A stretch of DNA of 57,903 nt. Origin: Chromera velia (taxonomy: Eukaryota). The notes under the pieces are model-generated. The model was not told the DNA's origin and did no database searches. It saw nothing but the letters and a program-made list of their open reading frames with translations. Every line of letters begins with the position of its first letter. Position 1 is the stretch's first letter. The stretch spans positions 1 through 57,903 of the forward strand of contig JAHBMJ010000066.1 in NCBI GenBank assembly GCA_018398765.1. The letters are read 5' to 3'. Shown here one piece after another: positions 54,542 through 57,903 of the stretch. A program made the position numbers and the translations under genes.

Positions 54542-55820
54542 AACAAAAAAAGAAAGAAAGAAAGAAAGAAAGAAAGAAACAAAAAAAAAGAAAGAAAGGA
54601 GGAAAGAAACAAACAAAAAAAGAAAGGAAGAAACAAAAAAAGAAAGAAAGAAAGAAACAAACAAACAAAAAAAGAAAGAAAGAAAGAAACAAAAAAAGAA
54701 TCAACTGGAGAGGGAGGCTCATGCAGAAGAAAGGGAAAGAGCAGAACGAAGTCATTCCACGTGAGAAGAGAAGAACACCTATGGAATAAACAAAAGTTGA
54801 TAGTCCATTAAAATAATGGTACGCAAGATCGCCAGGGCAAGGACAGAATCACTTAGACATTTCACTCTGTCTAGTGTCTCTGTTTGCAGGGGAACACCGT
54901 GGAGGATGTCGCGACAATGTGCAGGAAAGCAGGTCAGTCCGTCAGCCACTCGATTACGCTGTCATCCAGCCGGCCAGTCAGTCTGTCAGTCTGTCTGTGG
55001 TTGATCCTGTCGTGTCCGTTCCTTTTGTCCGTTTGTCGTCTTTGGAGAGAGAGGCCTGGTCACGTACTGCATTGCTGCATCTCGGCCCGATTCCTCTCCT
55101 TCTGCTGATCGATCTGCATTGCCTGCCATGCAGGTGCGGGAAGGATTCTGGTGTACGCCTCCCACGGGGTGTTTTCAAAGGGAGCCGTTGAGAGGATAGA
55201 GCGGTCACCGATTGATGAGGTCATCGTGACCAACAGCATCACGATACCTCCCCACATCTTCTCAGAGAAACTCAGAGTGATCTCTATCGCCAAAATGCTC
55301 GCGGAGGTAGGTGGGCTCGTATAGTGACTAGGGAAGTGGGGATAGTTTGCTGGCGTACCATTTCATAATGTGATTTTGCCCGTCTTCTTTTTTGTTTCTC
55401 TGTTTCTTTGTCTGTCTGGTGTTTTGTTGTTCTGTTGCACCGTGCGACAGTGCTTACTATGCATTGCTGTGGAGGGAAAAGGACAGCCCCGATACGAAAA
55501 AGAATGAATGGCAAGGGCAGACACAATCCGTACACATTGAATTGAAGGTGCGGACACAGACGGAGGGGGACCCTGCTGCCCTCTCTGGGAACAATTCAGA
55601 AAGACGCAGGGGGAAAGGGATAGAGAGAAAGGGAGTCTTTTGGTTCTTCCTTCGGGAATTTGACTGGATGACTGCACGCCTTGAGTGCACACACGTATGT
55701 GTTCTTTGGTGTGCGGCAGCTCCTTCAAGACCGGAATTCGTGTGTGACACACCCAGACAGAAGGCCTCGCTGGCCGGCATACAGACTCCCTTTGGAACAT
55801 CAATCTCACTTCTCTCTCTC

Positions 55821-55893
<73 letters not shown>

Positions 55894-56605
55894 TGTGTGT
55901 CAAAAACGGACAAAAAACAACAGAGAAAGAGAGAGAGACAGAAAAATAAAGAAAGACAGGCGTTTTAATTCTTCCTTCGCTTGCAAGCCTGTGCTCTTTC
56001 TGTCCATCCATCCGTGATTGGTTGCTTTCTCCCTCTCTCTCTCTCTCACTGGCTCATGCATCCATGCAGACCATCGACCGTCTCCACGACAATCGGAGCG
56101 TCTCTGAACTTTACCGGGTGAGTGGGTGTTTGAGTGAGTAGTTGCTTGAGTGGCTTGTGGAGTAGTTTGTTGAGTGAATTGGTCGGTGAGTGCATTTTTT
56201 TTGTATTTCGACTCTGTGCATCTCTGAGAATATCCCTTTCCCCTTCCCCTTCCCCNCTCCCTCCCTCACTGTACGGATCTCTTCAAGCGCGCTCGACAAT
56301 TCGTTTTCTTGTCGCCACTTCGCGTTCTCCTTTCAAACGTCTGCGTCTCTTCATTTCCTTCTCAGCTGGAAATTCAAGGGCTTTCGCTCATGCTCGCGTC
56401 TGCTCTTCTCTCCCTCTCCTTCGATTTCGTGCGTCCTCAATTGCTGCATGAATGAAGCCGTCAGTCGGTCTCCAAATGGAACGAGTACTGACGGGGTCGA
56501 GGAAAGAGTGGACAAATGAATGAGCGGACTATTGAAAGGATGGGTGAATGGATGAATGAATGTATGCAGGAGACCTATTATGAACAGTTTGAAAAAACGG
56601 AGTGA
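44081..56605 (+). CDS. prs: Ribose-phosphate pyrophosphokinase (PRPP synthetase)-like protein with signal-peptide-like leader and divergent catalytic motifs (491 aa)
   Basis: Exons 44081-44448, 44740-44848, 45277-45313, 45703-45786, 46307-46403, 46894-46960, 47644-47703, 48228-48302, 48951-49048, 49535-49624, 50002-50092, 54890-54932, 55134-55306, 56070-56117 and 56570-56605, total 1476 nt. Motifs KIFAGSGNPELA, RFLDGE, DVFVVQS, ITVVVPY, MDIH, LVGDVKGRDVIIVDDLIDSGNT, ASHGVFS, VTNSI and SVSELY. Confidence 0.88.
50258..54700. repeat. About 4.4-kb (GAAA/CAAA/AAAA)n polypurine tract inside prs intron 11
   Basis: The plus strand is virtually free of T and built from 4-nt modules. It lies in the 50093-54889 intron. 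Confidence 0.97.
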
Positions 56606-57300
56606 CAGCTATGTGGATTGGCAAGTGAACCCCATGTCATGAGTCGTACATGAAGACACTTGAAATTGAAGCGACGTTCGGTCTAGCGTTCGGTATCTGT
56701 ATTGTGTTGAATCTCGTATCACTAGCTCAGATCATTTGATCAAGTTTGATTTGCTTTGCGGCATTATTTGCCGCTGACTGATTGATTGACTTTTTTGCAT
56801 GGCTCCGCGCTAGGCTTTCGCGCTACTAGTATGTCACGGGGTTGCCACCGCTAGTGCCACCGCTAGCAGCCTAAGAGCGGACTATATACATTCTAAAATT
56901 ACAGTAGTAAAGTACATTTTTCTGATACTATATTTTGGAATGCAGTAGATAAGTGATACAACCATAATAAAGTATTATAAAATGACTGAAGTCACTCAAG
57001 CTGGTTTTTCAAGTTTATCAATCAGTGGTCAAGTTCAAAATGCGAGTGCTTTAAAATCTAGGCGTGGTCTTTAGTTAGTTTAGTTCTTTAGCTCGTTAGT
57101 TCATATTTCGCCGCAAAACTAAACTAACTGACTAAATTATAAACTAAACTAGTTGTAAATTGCAATGTGTGTTAAACTGTAAAAAGTTTGATCATGCACT
57201 TAATGTCTATAGCCTGATGATTGTCCAAGTTATTCTGAGTCCAACTAAAAGACCTAGGCGCGCATATATAAGATAAGTTATCCCTCGGGCCAAGCTGCAT

Positions 57301-57620
57301 TGTAATGAACTAGAGAGTCCAGTCAAGGACAGTCTAGTTAATCTTATGGTTCTCTATATCGGAATAATACTGCACGACTTCTGTCCGGCTTCTGCTCTCA
57401 TCTATTGAGAGTTGCTTTATCAAATCACTCGAAGTATTACGCGAATCAACTTCCAACATGGATCAATACATGCATGCTCTCCGTATGGATCAATACATGC
57501 ATGCTCTCCGTAATGCCTCCAGCCGCGCTGCCCCGATAAGCAACGCCGCGGCTCGGGACCGGCCGAGTCGGGCCGACCACTGCACGCCTGCCGCCGCCTC
57601 TCTATAAGTGGCTGATTACA
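57301..57620 (-). repeat. Putative 3' LTR (320 bp)
   Basis: Canonical TG...CA ends with a 6-bp terminal inverted repeat, located just after the purine tract. Contains a 27-bp tandem duplication at 57458-57511. The flanking TGCAT (57296-57300) is the candidate target-site duplication. Confidence 0.75.
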
Positions 57621-57903
57621 TGACTTCCTTTTTTTTTTTTTTTACAATCGGAAAATCTGATGGGGACGATGTCACACTGTCAGGACGAGGGGAGAGGGAA
57701 GTGAAATAAGGGAGTAAAAGCTCAATTGACATGGGCTTTGTGAAAGGGTCAGCCACATTGGAATGGGAAGGGACGAACGAAAGGCGGATGGAAGCTTCAT
57801 CCAGCGCATCACGGAGGGAAAGGGTGTGCAGGACGAGTGTGCAGGGCGATTTTTCGATGATGCAGAGCTGAAGTGACTCTATGACGGATTGGAGGGCACG
57901 CTC
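57301..57903 (-). mobile_element. 3' end of a Ty1/copia LTR retrotransposon (RNase H end, polypurine tract, 3' LTR), continuing beyond the window
   Basis: The minus-strand frame 57903-57616 reads ...LRDALDEASIRLSFVPSHSNVADPFTKPM..., matching the copia RNase H terminal motif (YVPTxxxxADxxTK). It is followed by an A15-GGAAG purine tract (57643-57624) and a 320-bp segment (57301-57620) bounded by TGTAAT...ATTACA. Confidence 0.85.

Noticed and set aside
49877..54764. ORFs of about 1500 aa (K/E/R-rich on +, F/L/S-rich on -)
   Set aside because: They are translations of a GAAA microsatellite that cannot contain stop codons. The tract lies inside a prs intron whose flanking exons join to form VDDLIDSGNT.
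57629..57643. T15 run as a Pol III terminator or a retrocopy poly(A) tail
   Set aside because: It is better explained as the polypurine tract between a copia RNase H end and an LTR.

Overview
This window is eukaryotic nuclear DNA, not prokaryotic. It has GT-AG introns (mostly TGCAG acceptors) packed with microsatellites, bipartite plastid-type presequences and a tail-anchored ELP3. Together these suggest an alveolate with a complex plastid, probably chromerid-like (inference). I assembled eight protein genes by hand from splice sites and phase-checked each: (1) two-domain N-acetylglutamate synthase (- strand, runs off the left edge); (2) a predicted thylakoid-lumen protein; (3) a GT-B fucosyltransferase-like membrane protein; (4) uroporphyrinogen decarboxylase; (5) an ELP3-like radical-SAM/KAT protein with a C-terminal membrane anchor; (6) an intronless secreted Cys-rich protein; (7) a fusion of a degenerate DEAD-box helicase with a SpoU/TrmH methyltransferase, which needs an 11-nt microexon; (8) a 15-exon PRPP-synthetase-like protein with altered catalytic motifs. 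The right edge holds the 3' end of a Ty1/copia LTR retrotransposon. Other repeats are an 84/88-bp minisatellite and a 4.4-kb intronic polypurine tract. The most unusual signals are the pseudo-helicase-SpoU fusion and repeated 35-50 bp duplications of exon edges. Several of those duplications are separated by related ~50-60 bp hairpin spacers (GCATTTATT...AATAAATGC). Most long ORFs in the supplied track are microsatellite artefacts.
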